Below, piece by piece: positions 37,971 through 48,379 of a DNA stretch of 64,000 nt. The DNA is taken from the sequence record PZ019086.1. One strand, given 5' to 3'. The stretch is from a phage. The position numbers and the translations under genes are program-made. How positions within the stretch are numbered: the first letter of the stretch is position 1; the number at the start of each line of letters is the position of its first letter. The notes under the pieces are model-generated. The model saw only the letters and a list, made by a program, of their open reading frames with translations. It did not search any database and was not told the origin of the DNA.

Positions 37971-37987
37971 AGGGGCCGAAGCCCCTT
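37971..37987 (-). terminator. Tetraloop hairpin between regA and gene 43
   Basis: GGGGCCGAAGCCCC palindrome. Confidence 0.5.
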
Positions 37988-37989
37988 GC

Positions 37990-38358
37990 TTAATTACCAA
38001 TCGTATATTTAGGAACGAGTTTCCATTCGTGTTTTTGTTTAAAAGAAATAACTCGAAAGTTATTGGTTAAATCTTTCATAAAAGTTCTTTGACCAGGAAC
38101 GATTTCAATCAGTCCCCAATCTTCTAACAGCCATGCAATTGAATCACGACGAACTTCATCTTCTTCTGTCATTTCAACCTGACGGCCATCCATACGAAGC
38201 ATTTCTTTAAAATGAACGATATAGTATAGTCCTTTTTTCTGAAGAATGTGGCAGGACTGATACAGAACTTTATCTTTATTATTAGCAATTCCCATACGAG
38301 TCAAAGTTTCTTTTACTTTCAGAAAATCTTCAGGTTTTTTAAGAGTAATTTCAATCAT
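37990..38358 (-). CDS. regA: Translational repressor RegA
   Basis: 122 aa, same as T4 RegA and expected position. Confidence 0.85.
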   Translation of the reverse strand: MIEITLKKPEDFLKVKETLTRMGIANNKDKVLYQSCHILQKKGLYYIVHFKEMLRMDGRQVEMTEEDEVRRDSIAWLLEDWGLIEIVPGQRTFMKDLTNNFRVISFKQKHEWKLVPKYTIGN

Positions 38359-38359
38359 T

Positions 38360-38923
38360 TTACCATTCCAATGCTAGTTTTTTGAGTTGTTTCTGTTCTT
38401 TTACGTTCTTAGTCACTTCTTTTAAAAAATCATCCGTGACTAAACCTTTTAGTTCTTTTAATACTAAAGGAAGTTTTCCATTTTTAGTAAGAATTGATTT
38501 ATAGTTAATTGCATCATTTGTATTAACTTGATACCGCTTAGCAAGTAACTTAATAATCAATACTTCGGTAGAATCTTCAACCAGTTTTGCCCATTTACCA
38601 TATCTTTTACCCCGAGGAACAGCAGCCATCAGATAATTAAAATGGGCTTCATCGCTTAAACCTGATCCAATTAAATTCATAGCATATACAGCTGGCATGC
38701 ATTCAGGAAATTGTGATAATGCATTCTCAACCATGTATTTTGAATAATCTTTTTGAGCAATAGAGCATTTAGTTTTATTATTAATAGCTCCAATTATTTC
38801 AAAAAACTCATTTTCAGCTTTTTCTTTAAAAGAATCGGCAGCAGATTGGACAGCTGTCCAATCTTTTGAATACCAAGCAACTTGATGCTCGTTTAATTGA
38901 ATATCATCTTCAAATAAGCTCAT
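38360..38923 (-). CDS. 62: Clamp loader small subunit gp62
   Basis: 187 aa as T4 gp62. Confidence 0.85.
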   Translation of the reverse strand: MSLFEDDIQLNEHQVAWYSKDWTAVQSAADSFKEKAENEFFEIIGAINNKTKCSIAQKDYSKYMVENALSQFPECMPAVYAMNLIGSGLSDEAHFNYLMAAVPRGKRYGKWAKLVEDSTEVLIIKLLAKRYQVNTNDAINYKSILTKNGKLPLVLKELKGLVTDDFLKEVTKNVKEQKQLKKLALEW

Positions 38924-38924
38924 A

Positions 38925-39899
38925 TCACTTCCACTGCATTTCGCATGCCAATTGAATGAAAAGATATGCTAAATGTAATTCCGTATTAGCTGCAATTCCA
39001 TGATACTGGTTATTTTCACCAACAATTTCATACATACGAATAATACTCTGCGGAGTTACGCGTGTATAGATTTCTTCGGCAAGTTTACCTACGAACCACG
39101 AATAATCAGCCGCATATTTTGGTGCTAAAGCTCTGAGCTGTTTAACATCTTTATTTTTGAGAGATTCAAGAACATCATCAATAGCACCACGATCGTTAGT
39201 AACCAGTGATAAAATACCAGCATCCAAAACACCTTTAGATGAATAACTATCGAGCTCACCAATAGTTTTACGAAAATCAGGAAAATTCTTTTTAACCAAA
39301 GCTGCTACAACTTTCATATCAGCTATAGCAATTCCTTCATGCTTGCAGATTTCAGTCAATCGACGAATCATCTGCTTCATCATTTCAATTTTATCTTCAT
39401 CGGTCGGTTGACCGAATGTAATAACTCGGCAGCGTGACTGAAGCGGTTTAATAATACCATCAATATTGTTAGCAGTAATAATAATACTACAGTTTGAACT
39501 ATAAGCTTCCATGAAGGAACGAAGATGTCGCTGAGACTCTGCTAACCCTGAACGGTCAAATTCATCAATAACGATTACTTTTTGACGACCATCAAATGAA
39601 GCTGCACTAGCAAAATTAGTCAAAGGACCGCGAACGAAATCAATTTTACAATCTGACCCATTCACAAACATCATATCAGCATTTACATCATGACACAATG
39701 CTTTTGCTACGGTTGTTTTACCTGTTCCTGGAGAAGGAGAATGAAGAATAATATGTGGAATCTTACCTTTACTTGTAATAGATTTAAAGGTTTCTTTATC
39801 AAAGGCGGGAAGAATACATTCATCGATAGTAGATGGACGATATTTCTGTTCAAGAATGTGTTCTTTTTCATTTACAGTAATCATAATTTCCTCATTCAA
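38925..39899 (-). CDS. 44: Clamp loader large subunit gp44 (AAA+)
   Basis: 324 aa; Walker [11 protein letters not shown], Walker B VIDEFD. Confidence 0.9.
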   Translation of the reverse strand: MNEEIMITVNEKEHILEQKYRPSTIDECILPAFDKETFKSITSKGKIPHIILHSPSPGTGKTTVAKALCHDVNADMMFVNGSDCKIDFVRGPLTNFASAASFDGRQKVIVIDEFDRSGLAESQRHLRSFMEAYSSNCSIIITANNIDGIIKPLQSRCRVITFGQPTDEDKIEMMKQMIRRLTEICKHEGIAIADMKVVAALVKKNFPDFRKTIGELDSYSSKGVLDAGILSLVTNDRGAIDDVLESLKNKDVKQLRALAPKYAADYSWFVGKLAEEIYTRVTPQSIIRMYEIVGENNQYHGIAANTELHLAYLFIQLACEMQWK

Positions 39900-39917
39900 G
39901 TTTTAGTGTAAATTTAA

Positions 39918-39929
39918 GGGCCGAAGCCC
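39918..39929 (-). terminator. Tetraloop hairpin between genes 45 and 44
   Basis: GGGCCGAAGCCC palindrome. Confidence 0.45.
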
Positions 39930-39933
39930 TTTA

Positions 39934-40620
39934 TTAAAAATCGTGGGTAGAATCAGCTTCAAGAGCTACTACATAATTCGCATGTTCACCTTCAAATTTA
40001 GCAGCGCCTTGTTTACCTTTTGCCCAGAGAAGAAGTTTATAATTTCCTGGTTGCATTTTCATATTTGCCATATTGATAATGAAATTAAATGTATTTTCAC
40101 CATCATAATCACCAAGAGTCAAAGAATATTTAACACGGGTCAAAGCAGAATCTTCCACTTTATTAAAACCGTTAATTACGATTTTACCTTCTTTTACTGT
40201 GATAGCAATTGTATCAATCTGCAGACCACGAGATACACGCAACAGCTGTTGAAGGTCTTCAGCTTTAATTTCAGTAACAACAGATGCTACTGGGAATGGA
40301 ATTGGTTTATTAGGAGCAACTACTGTACTCGGATCGGCTGCTGGCCAAAAAATTGTTGAACGGGCATCAGCAATTTTAATATTACCATCTTCTGACTGGG
40401 AAATTTCTGCATCATCATTAACTAGGGACAGAATACCGAGAAAACCGTTCAAATCGTAAATTGCTACATCAAAATCAATAGTGTCAGAAATATTTGCTTC
40501 CGCATAAGTTGTACCATTAACTGCGCGAGTCATAATAAATTGACCAGATTTAAGCATAATACCAGAGTTAATAGTAGCGAAATTTTTAAGCAGAGCAGTA
40601 GTATCTTTAGACAGTTTCAT
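39934..40620 (-). CDS. 45: Sliding clamp gp45
   Basis: 228 aa as T4 gp45. Confidence 0.85.
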   Translation of the reverse strand: MKLSKDTTALLKNFATINSGIMLKSGQFIMTRAVNGTTYAEANISDTIDFDVAIYDLNGFLGILSLVNDDAEISQSEDGNIKIADARSTIFWPAADPSTVVAPNKPIPFPVASVVTEIKAEDLQQLLRVSRGLQIDTIAITVKEGKIVINGFNKVEDSALTRVKYSLTLGDYDGENTFNFIINMANMKMQPGNYKLLLWAKGKQGAAKFEGEHANYVVALEADSTHDF

Positions 40621-40675
40621 GTAATTTCCTTCAATTCAAATGAGATTTAATTTTATAACTAATTTAATAAAGCAA

Positions 40676-41065
40676 TTAACGATTAAAATCAGCAGCAATT
40701 GTTTCAGCAACAATTTGAGCAGCAACAATTAGACGTTCATCTGCATTACCGCAATAATCATCTTCAAGGCGCTCACCACATGAAGTCATAATAAATTTGG
40801 CACCAGCATTTAGAGATTCTGCTGTATGTTTGCGCATCAGTTCAATCCATTTATTACTTACTTCACGATCGATAGCTTCATAATACGCATGACGAGCAGG
40901 TGCAGATTTAATTTTGCTCTGAATAACTTCCATCGCATTATCAGAAAGAGACAAAACCCATGCTCGACGAATTTTATTTTGGTTTTGTGGATTTGATTCA
41001 GAACGCACGTGTTTTGGCTGAATATCTTTTACATCAACAGTATAATTCACCGTAATTTTAGTCAT
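40676..41065 (-). CDS. rpbA: RNA polymerase binding protein RpbA
   Basis: 129 aa as T4 RpbA, adjacent to gene 45. Confidence 0.6.
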   Translation of the reverse strand: MTKITVNYTVDVKDIQPKHVRSESNPQNQNKIRRAWVLSLSDNAMEVIQSKIKSAPARHAYYEAIDREVSNKWIELMRKHTAESLNAGAKFIMTSCGERLEDDYCGNADERLIVAAQIVAETIAADFNR

Positions 41066-41074
41066 AATACACCT

Positions 41075-41266
41075 TTAGTCATAATAATCAGTAACAGTCC
41101 AAGCTTCATTTCTGTTGGACATTATTTTCGTATATTCTGATTTAAATGCATTCTTAAGCATAGATTCAGTAACTATATGCTCTTCATTAGAAAAATTATT
41201 TCTCAGAATATATCGTTTTATTTCAGGAATAGTTAATAGATGCTGTCCAGTTGAATATTCTGCCAC
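41075..41266 (-). CDS. Hypothetical protein (63 aa, 45.2 position)
   Basis: ORF. Confidence 0.45.
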   Translation of the reverse strand: MAEYSTGQHLLTIPEIKRYILRNNFSNEEHIVTESMLKNAFKSEYTKIMSNRNEAWTVTDYYD

Positions 41267-41276
41267 AGTTCCTCCG

Positions 41277-41284
41277 TATAAATA
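41277..41284 (+). promoter_or_regulatory. Late promoter box TATAAATA (plus strand) upstream of the HNH endonuclease gene
   Basis: Exact TATAAATA 33 nt upstream of ATG at 41318. Confidence 0.55.
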
Positions 41285-41317
41285 TGTTTATCACTCGCTG
41301 TATCAAAAGGATATGTT

Positions 41318-42034
41318 ATGAATTATAAACTAATTTATGAAAAGTTAATCTCTAATGCTAAATCTCGAAAACTTGATTGCTATACTGAATCTCATCACAT
41401 TATACCACGCTGTTTAAATGGTAGCGATGATGCTTCAAACTTAGTAGATTTAACACCAGAAGAGCACTATGTAGCTCATCAACTTTTAGTAAAAATTTAT
41501 CCTTCTGAACCAAAATTAGTCTATGCTGCTAACATGATGACAGTTTCTACGAAATACGCTAAACGTAATAATAAAACTTTCGGCTGGATTCGTCGTAAAC
41601 TCTGGGAAATAGAAAAGAATAAAGAGTTCTCCCAAGAGACACGAAAGAAAATGTCCGATGCAGTAGCTAATAAAGCAAGACTAACTTGTCCACATTGCGG
41701 TAAGTCTGGATTAAGCGGGAATATGAATCGATGGCATTTTGATAACTGCCCAAATCACCCCAATCCTAAAGTTAGACCGCCAATGTCTAAAGAACACAGA
41801 AATAATATCTCAAACGGGCTTAAAGCAATCGTTCTTGAAGAAACAACCTGCGAATTCTGCGGAATGATAGGCAAGAAATGCGTTATCGCAGCGCATAGAA
41901 ATTTCTGCAAGAAAAATCCAAATGGACGCAAGAAAACTGAAAAGACTGGTACTTGCGTCCATTGTGGTAAAGTTACCACTTTCGGAAATTTATCAAGATG
42001 GCATAATGATAATTGTAAATATAAACCTAGCTAA
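41318..42034 (+). mobile_element. Free-standing HNH homing endonuclease gene with three C-terminal Cys/His zinc-finger-like repeats
   Basis: 238 aa; HNH motif ESHHIIPRCLNGSDDASNLVDLTPEEHYVAH; repeats CPHCGK...RWHFDNC, CEFCG...HRNFC, CVHCGK...RWHNDNC; opposite strand to all neighbours; 3' end overlaps gene 46 stop by 8 bp. Confidence 0.75.
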
Positions 42035-43715
42035 TCTTAGCTAAACTAAATCTACCAACTTTTTCCATTTGAATGTGCTGACCATATTCCTGTGGGTCAT
42101 GGTCTTTATGCGAAATTATGAAGAAGTTGGTATCCTTCAAACCATCTAAAATTTTAGCCACATTTTTAATACCTTCAGCATCAAATGCACCGTCATATAC
42201 TTCATCAAGAAATAAACAACTTATTTTAACACCTGAAACTTTTTCAGCAATATCACGCCAAGTAAATAAAAGAGCAATATCAATTCGCGCTTTTTCACCT
42301 TGACTAAATGAAGCATAACTAAAATCTTCACGACCACGGGATTTAATTGTCTCATTAAATTCTTCATCTAATGTAAACACATAATCCGCTTCCATTATTT
42401 TAAGATAATGGTTAATCTGCTTATTAAATAATGGAATGTACTTTTTAATAATAGCACCTTTAATACCAGAATCTTTGAGCATATCAGTCAAAATTCCTCT
42501 ATGGTATTTTTCCATTACTAAATTAGTTTTTGTCTTAACAATTTTATCAAGTTCTTCTTGAAGCAGTGCTATTTCATCAGCATGATCAATAAACTCAGAT
42601 GATGCTTTTTCTATAGCCGCTTTAACCTTTTTAGCTTTATCTACCGTCGTGATTAGAGATTGCTTTTTATTGCGAATATCATTCGCCAACGTCTGCTGGG
42701 TTTTAATATTATCTCGGTATTCATCAACAAGAACTTTTAAATTATCACGATGTGTTGAAAGCTGTTCAAATGAATGCGTGCATTCAGAAACTTTATCTTT
42801 AATTTTAGAAACAACTTTATCACCGGAACTTAATTGTGACAAACAGGTTGGACATAATCCACCTTCGTGATACATATTAATGACTTTATTATACGAGTCA
42901 ATTTTTGATTTAATTAAAAATGCTTCTTGACCGATTTTATCAAATGCATCAGTCGGGTCTTCATCCAAAACAATATTAACTAATCTTTCATTAGCTTCTT
43001 CTATTTCCGATTTTAACGTTCTAGCTTCTTTTGCCAAATCATCATACATATTCTGCAGACGAGTAAGGTTATCACCAGTTAATTTTTTCTGGCGTTCAAC
43101 GTTATCATTATATATTTTAATTTGTTGGATAATACTATCTTTTTTAACATCAAGCACTTGGTTTTGTGAATTTAATTCACGTATTAGTGCTTTATTAAGC
43201 TTATCCATTTCAGCTAATGTTCCTACCTCAAGCAGGTCTTCCACAAGCTTTCTTCGCGCAGGGGTCGACAAACCCATGAAAGGGGTATACCCTGCTGTAC
43301 CAAGGACAACAATCTGCTTGAAACTGGCATATGACATTCCGATAAGCTGTTCAAATTCTGCTTGGAAATCTTTACTGCTGGCAGATTCATTAAGACGTGT
43401 ACCGTTAACGGTGATTTCGAAAACGTTTGGTTTTTGTCCTCTTTTGATATAGTACTTTTTCTCATCATATTCCATCCACAGTTCAACTAAAAGTTCTTTC
43501 TTATTTGTGCTGTTTATTAATTGGCCTTTCTTTACATCACGGAATGGCTTGCCAAAAAGCCCAAATGTGATGGCTTCTAACATAGTAGACTTACCACCAC
43601 CATTTCGCCCAGTAATAAGAGTTTTTTGAACCTTATCTAATTGAATGTCAACTCCATTTTGACCAACTGACATTATATTTTTATATTTTACTCTATTAAG
43701 TTTAAATGATTTCAT
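42027..43715 (-). CDS. 46: Recombination exonuclease subunit gp46 (SbcC/Rad50-like)
   Basis: 562 aa (T4 560); Walker A GRNGGGKST, long coiled coil, C-terminal ABC signature region. Confidence 0.9.
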   Translation of the reverse strand: MKSFKLNRVKYKNIMSVGQNGVDIQLDKVQKTLITGRNGGGKSTMLEAITFGLFGKPFRDVKKGQLINSTNKKELLVELWMEYDEKKYYIKRGQKPNVFEITVNGTRLNESASSKDFQAEFEQLIGMSYASFKQIVVLGTAGYTPFMGLSTPARRKLVEDLLEVGTLAEMDKLNKALIRELNSQNQVLDVKKDSIIQQIKIYNDNVERQKKLTGDNLTRLQNMYDDLAKEARTLKSEIEEANERLVNIVLDEDPTDAFDKIGQEAFLIKSKIDSYNKVINMYHEGGLCPTCLSQLSSGDKVVSKIKDKVSECTHSFEQLSTHRDNLKVLVDEYRDNIKTQQTLANDIRNKKQSLITTVDKAKKVKAAIEKASSEFIDHADEIALLQEELDKIVKTKTNLVMEKYHRGILTDMLKDSGIKGAIIKKYIPLFNKQINHYLKIMEADYVFTLDEEFNETIKSRGREDFSYASFSQGEKARIDIALLFTWRDIAEKVSGVKISCLFLDEVYDGAFDAEGIKNVAKILDGLKDTNFFIISHKDHDPQEYGQHIQMEKVGRFSLAKIS

Positions 43716-43730
43716 TTTGTATCCAATTGT

Positions 43731-44585
43731 TCACAATGAAGAAAATTCTTTAACTAAAGCCTGTAATGAAGCCTCTATTGGATATCCATTCTTAACTAAC
43801 ATTTTCCTAAACATCACATGTTTAGGACGATTATATGATATCCACAATTCATACAATTTATCTTTATTATCCCAATGATAGCCTTTTCGTCGAGATGCTA
43901 TATGAGCTTTTCTAATCTCCGGATTTTTCCAACTAGCGGCTACTGAATTTGATATAGCTATTTTATATTCAGGTTTTGATAAAGCAACACGAACAGCCTT
44001 TTGGTGTTTAATTTTATTTTCTTCGTTATTAAACCATTCCCTTGAAGCCATTGAAATTTTTTGTTTTGTTTTAAAATTATTTAATCTTTCTTTGTTATCT
44101 TTCCTATTTTTTGCTACTGAAAAGTATTTTAATGCTCTTTCTCTAGCAGCATTTCTATTTTGTGGATTTGAATAATATTGTTGAAGCCTTTTTGATATTG
44201 TGTCACTTACATCTTGTTTTATAAAACTATATTCAGCAGCTATTAAATCAACTTCGGCTAAAGATAAATTTTTATATGTTTTTCCTGACATCATTCTATT
44301 TAAAGCATTTAGCATTTTTCCATTTTTACCTTTTGCTAATAAGAAATGTGCTTTAAAATGATTAAAATGACTTAAATTAACTAAATTCCATGTAGATTTT
44401 AAATATTCAGGAAATATTGATTTAGGAAGCACATGGTGTGCTTCCGTTTTACCTGGAGTTTTAACAGTTGAATTCATAGAAATAAAATTAATGTAAGACT
44501 TGGCGTCTTCTTCACTCAACGCTAATTTTTCAACTAATTCCTTTATTAAAAATTCATCATTAATGTCAAGTTTAAAATTCTTCAC
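43731..44585 (-). mobile_element. Second HNH-like nuclease ORF with NUMOD-like C-terminal repeats
   Basis: 284 aa; EAHHVLPKS...NLVNLSHFNHFKAH; repeated basic helix motifs (IRKAHIASRRK, HQKAVRVALSK); inserted between 46 and 47. Confidence 0.5.
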
Positions 44586-44845
44586 AAAAGATTCCTTTTA
44601 ATGTATCTTTTAGACCATTCTATCATATCATCATAATCTAAAAAGTATTCATCAAATTCAGCCATGCAAACAACACCTTGTGCTGCTTTTGATGTGATAT
44701 AAATTATTCCAACATATCTAGAATCTTCTTCGGTGTAATCAATATTTGCTACGAATTCATCGTTAATGTCAAATGTCGAAAACTTCACAGTATGCATCCT
44801 TAATACAAGATACAGCCATATCTTGTAATGATTTAGGTGTGTCAT
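44582..44845 (-). CDS. Hypothetical protein (87 aa; start may be internal)
   Basis: ORF overlapping next ORF in another frame. Confidence 0.35.
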   Translation of the reverse strand: MTHLNHYKIWLYLVLRMHTVKFSTFDINDEFVANIDYTEEDSRYVGIIYITSKAAQGVVCMAEFDEYFLDYDDMIEWSKRYIKRNLL

Positions 44846-45032
44846 TATCTAAAATGTTGAAGTTAAAAGATACAGCCCAGTCAGTGCAGACCGTGACCTT
44901 TTTAATACAATTATCTTCAACCTCTAGCGGTTCAAACCAATATTCAATAATTTCTTTATGCCCAATATCATCTTTTACTTCGCATTCAAAATGCTGACTC
45001 ATCATAACATTTTTAAATTCATCAAAAGTCAT
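44769..45032 (-). CDS. Hypothetical protein (87 aa)
   Basis: ORF with ATGA overlap to gene 47. Confidence 0.4.
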   Translation of the reverse strand: MTFDEFKNVMMSQHFECEVKDDIGHKEIIEYWFEPLEVEDNCIKKVTVCTDWAVSFNFNILDNDTPKSLQDMAVSCIKDAYCEVFDI

Positions 45033-46048
45033 TGTGTTGCCTCTACATATAACTGATTTGCATATTGAATAAGTGCTTCGCGGTCAGAATCAGTGATGTC
45101 TGGAATTGCATTAATGTATTCTTCCATCAACGTCTGAAGAGATTGAACTTCAACTTCTTCACTATCATCTGACTCGACAGAGTTATCAATCTTTGACACA
45201 ACTCGTAATGAATGCACAACTTTTTCTAGTTCAGATTCGAACTTCGTTAGATTTTTGTCTACTTCAGTTACTATAACACGCACTGATAGATTTGTAAAAT
45301 CTTTATAGTCAATTTTTCCCTTAAATGGATATTGAATTCGACGATGCCAGGTAGTGTTGTTTGGAATAAATTCCATTCGTTCTGTTTCTGTATCAAACAT
45401 CCAGAACCCGCGAGGGTCATTCTCGTCACCTGCAGTTAATGTCCATGGTGTCCCAATATATTTGACGTTAGCAGCCTCAGAGATAGTATGGAAGTGACCA
45501 GACCACACCTCTTTATAAGTCTTAAGGAAATCAGGTTCAAGACCGTGAGATTTCATTCCTTTATAAAAATAAAATCCATTCAGTTCCCAGTGACCAACAC
45601 AAAAAGAAGCAGATGAAGTTTTGATGTGTTCAAGAATTTCACCAGTATTTTCTTCACACATCCAAGGAATTAAATCAATCAAACATCCGTCAAAATCTAC
45701 TGTAGTAGGCTTATCATATACTTTAACATTAGGATATTTAGCCAGAAGCTCAGTAGAAGCATTTGGATGCATTACATTTTTGTAGTGGAGATCGTGATTT
45801 CCTACAATAGTATGTAATGTGATTCCAGCACCATCAAGCATTTGAACTATTTCACGGGCAAACTCCATAGTTTTATGCGTGATCGCTTTTCGTACATCAA
45901 AAATATCACCGTATTGAATCCATACCGTAATTCCATTTTTCTTAGAATATTCTATCGCTTGCTTAATTCCATCAATTTGAATACCGCGAATCCACTCATC
46001 ATCAGCTTTAACACCTAAATGCCAATCACCTAAATTTAAAATTTTCAT
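45029..46048 (-). CDS. 47: Recombination nuclease subunit gp47 (Mre11/SbcD-like)
   Basis: 339 aa as T4 gp47; calcineurin-like phosphoesterase motifs (GDWHLG, GNHD). Confidence 0.9.
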   Translation of the reverse strand: MKILNLGDWHLGVKADDEWIRGIQIDGIKQAIEYSKKNGITVWIQYGDIFDVRKAITHKTMEFAREIVQMLDGAGITLHTIVGNHDLHYKNVMHPNASTELLAKYPNVKVYDKPTTVDFDGCLIDLIPWMCEENTGEILEHIKTSSASFCVGHWELNGFYFYKGMKSHGLEPDFLKTYKEVWSGHFHTISEAANVKYIGTPWTLTAGDENDPRGFWMFDTETERMEFIPNNTTWHRRIQYPFKGKIDYKDFTNLSVRVIVTEVDKNLTKFESELEKVVHSLRVVSKIDNSVESDDSEEVEVQSLQTLMEEYINAIPDITDSDREALIQYANQLYVEATQ

Positions 46049-46185
46049 ATATCAAGAACCGTCATTGAAATGCAAAATAAAATTATTGAAATAAATCCAT
46101 CTGGAGTGCTAAAAAACCCAATCCAACATGCTCTAGTGAATAGATAAAATGCGAGAAAAAGTATCACATATCCAAGAAATATCAT
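46045..46185 (-). CDS. Small membrane peptide (46 aa), not in ORF track
   Basis: Manual translation MIFLGYVILFLAFYLFTRACWIGFF...; stop overlaps gene 47 ATG. Confidence 0.3.
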   Translation of the reverse strand: MIFLGYVILFLAFYLFTRACWIGFFSTPDGFISIILFCISMTVLDI

Positions 46186-46211
46186 TATATCAAACTCCGT
46201 ATAAAGCTAAA

Positions 46212-46223
46212 GGGCCGAAGCCC
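46212..46223 (-). terminator. Tetraloop hairpin after alpha-gt
   Basis: GGGCCGAAGCCC palindrome with flanking T-rich runs. Confidence 0.5.
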
Positions 46224-46224
46224 T

Positions 46225-47427
46225 TTATTTTGTAATAATGTCAAACTGTTCTTTAAAGCAGAAGCTTGAATCTTGATGCTGATACAAAAATTCATAAGCT
46301 TTTTCGCGTTCACGGTCATAAAGAGCTCGGTCAGATGACAGTTCTTTAATACGCTCAAATGTTGATTCCATGTCATTTTCATCAAACCAAACGATACCGC
46401 TATCGTGTGAAATTAACGGAGTATTATCAACACGGAATTTTAAATTTTCGCCAGTAGATTTCCAAAATACCGGAATTGTTCCACATGCACCAAGCTCGAG
46501 ATGAGTGTATTCTAAAGAACGCTGTAGATATTTTTTGTCCAACTTACTCAGCTGATAACCAAATCCGGATTTACTCATGCGTTCAAGCATTTCGCTATTT
46601 ACATAACGGTCGAGAATTTGCGTTGGCAAATTAGGAGCAATTTTAATTTGGTCTACTTGATGAAGACGATAATACTCGTATGGAATTCCTTTTTCTTTAA
46701 TAGGAATGAACGCTGGAGAACGTTCCAGACCTTCCATAATAGTACTTAGTCCTGCAGGTTTAAGATGTTTTTCGTGAAAATCAAACATCTGATAAAAACC
46801 TTTCCATGTAGTCGTACGACCAATCCAACGGTTGATATTCATGTTAATTTCAGAAACATCTTTCCAGTAGGTTGATCGAACCTTCGCAATATCCATAGGA
46901 GGCTGAAAGTTATATACGGTCGGTGCTTCTTCAATATCATCAAACAGAGAAACAGTTTCCGGATACCATTCTTTCATCAAAACTTTATTAAAGTCACCAT
47001 TATCAGAATGGCTAAAAATAACATCAGCTCGACGAACAGTTTCTTCTAATCCCAAATTTCGACGCAAAGAAAGAGAAGAATGGTCATGCTGATAAACTAC
47101 AACACGAACCGAAGGTTTAATGTTATCAATAATTTTTTTATAGTTATTAATTGTGTCTTCTTCGACTGAAGTAGCAGGAACTGAATTGATAACTAGAATA
47201 TCACAATCATTTACCAGCTTAAGCGTTTTATCGTATTCTTTTGCCAATAAAACCGGAATTGAAAATGATTTATAATCATGCGCGCAATTACGAGTAAATG
47301 ATTTATCTTTAGCATAAACCAAAGTTACTTCATGACCATTTTTAATAAACCAATCACGCTGCTCAAGAGAAAATTTAGTTACACCGCAACCTTCAAGACC
47401 TCGAGCCATAAAAATACATACTTTCAT
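46225..47427 (-). CDS. agt: DNA alpha-glucosyltransferase
   Basis: 400 aa as T4 alpha-gt, located after gene 47. Confidence 0.8.
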   Translation of the reverse strand: MKVCIFMARGLEGCGVTKFSLEQRDWFIKNGHEVTLVYAKDKSFTRNCAHDYKSFSIPVLLAKEYDKTLKLVNDCDILVINSVPATSVEEDTINNYKKIIDNIKPSVRVVVYQHDHSSLSLRRNLGLEETVRRADVIFSHSDNGDFNKVLMKEWYPETVSLFDDIEEAPTVYNFQPPMDIAKVRSTYWKDVSEINMNINRWIGRTTTWKGFYQMFDFHEKHLKPAGLSTIMEGLERSPAFIPIKEKGIPYEYYRLHQVDQIKIAPNLPTQILDRYVNSEMLERMSKSGFGYQLSKLDKKYLQRSLEYTHLELGACGTIPVFWKSTGENLKFRVDNTPLISHDSGIVWFDENDMESTFERIKELSSDRALYDREREKAYEFLYQHQDSSFCFKEQFDIITK

Positions 47428-47480
47428 TTAATATCCTCATTGTTTTGGTTTATTTTACCAAAAATTTATAAAGCAATATA

Positions 47481-47494
47481 GGAGCCGAAGCTCC
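47481..47494 (-). terminator. Tetraloop hairpin
   Basis: GGAGCCGAAGCTCC palindrome. Confidence 0.45.
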
Positions 47495-47685
47495 TATCCG
47501 CATAATACGCCATACAAAGGCTCGTTAGAGCTTCTAAATTTTATGCGCTTATATGTTATAGTTCCTTCTGCTTTAGCTTTATCGTGAGCCTCTTTAAAGC
47601 GTCTCATCATTTCTACTTTAGAGGAACGAATTTTGTTATAATCTATTTCACAAGTCTGGCGTTCATCTTTCACAGTTGCCACCAT
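47494..47685 (-). CDS. Hypothetical protein (63 aa)
   Basis: ORF. Confidence 0.4.
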   Translation of the reverse strand: MVATVKDERQTCEIDYNKIRSSKVEMMRRFKEAHDKAKAEGTITYKRIKFRSSNEPLYGVLCG

Positions 47686-47876
47686 TTTTTGACTTGATAA
47701 GAATCAACCCACACTTTCATGTTAGGGTCTGCTCTTACAATAGGAGGATTAACTTCTTTAATTGAACTATCATGGTATTCTTTTTCAGAAATTTTCACAC
47801 AAAGATGACCATTCAAAGATTCAGTAAATCCTGCATTAATTTTAAGACGCTTGAATTTTACGTGTGTAAGCATCAA
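47670..47876 (-). CDS. Hypothetical protein (68 aa)
   Basis: ORF. Confidence 0.4.
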   Translation of the reverse strand: MMLTHVKFKRLKINAGFTESLNGHLCVKISEKEYHDSSIKEVNPPIVRADPNMKVWVDSYQVKKWWQL

Positions 47877-48159
47877 TCATATCCTCAATCTGCGATCTAG
47901 TAGTCTTCCAAAGAATACTAATGAGTTCATCGTTATATGGCTGTTTTAGAATATCCCGACTTTTCTTGATAGCATATTCGTATTGAGCAAAATTATTGTT
48001 TTCAGCTGCAATCTGAGCGTGCTTATAAAGACGGTTCAGTTCGCGTTTATTTTTAGACAATAACTTATTTGCTTTTCTTTCTGCTTCAAGACGGTTCTTT
48101 TCTTCAATAGAAGAAATAAGCTTTTCCACTTCATCATTAATTTCGGGTTTATCAGTCAT
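47842..48159 (-). CDS. Hypothetical protein (105 aa)
   Basis: ORF. Confidence 0.45.
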   Translation of the reverse strand: MTDKPEINDEVEKLISSIEEKNRLEAERKANKLLSKNKRELNRLYKHAQIAAENNNFAQYEYAIKKSRDILKQPYNDELISILWKTTRSQIEDMIDAYTRKIQAS

Positions 48160-48160
48160 A

Positions 48161-48379
48161 TTATTTCTCTAATATAAAATAAAAATCATCATCTGTTAAA
48201 TGATACCGATAGTTTAATTCTACACCATTAGATTTAAAAGCGGTATCATACGGATTTTCTGGATCAATATCAATGTCAAGAGCTAAAACTTCCCTGAGAT
48301 ACATTTTAAGTAAATAGGGAATAGCTTCAACTTCAGGTATTTCTTCCAAGAATCCGGAGAGGTTAATCGTTAGCCTCAT
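48161..48379 (-). CDS. Hypothetical protein (72 aa)
   Basis: ORF. Confidence 0.4.
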
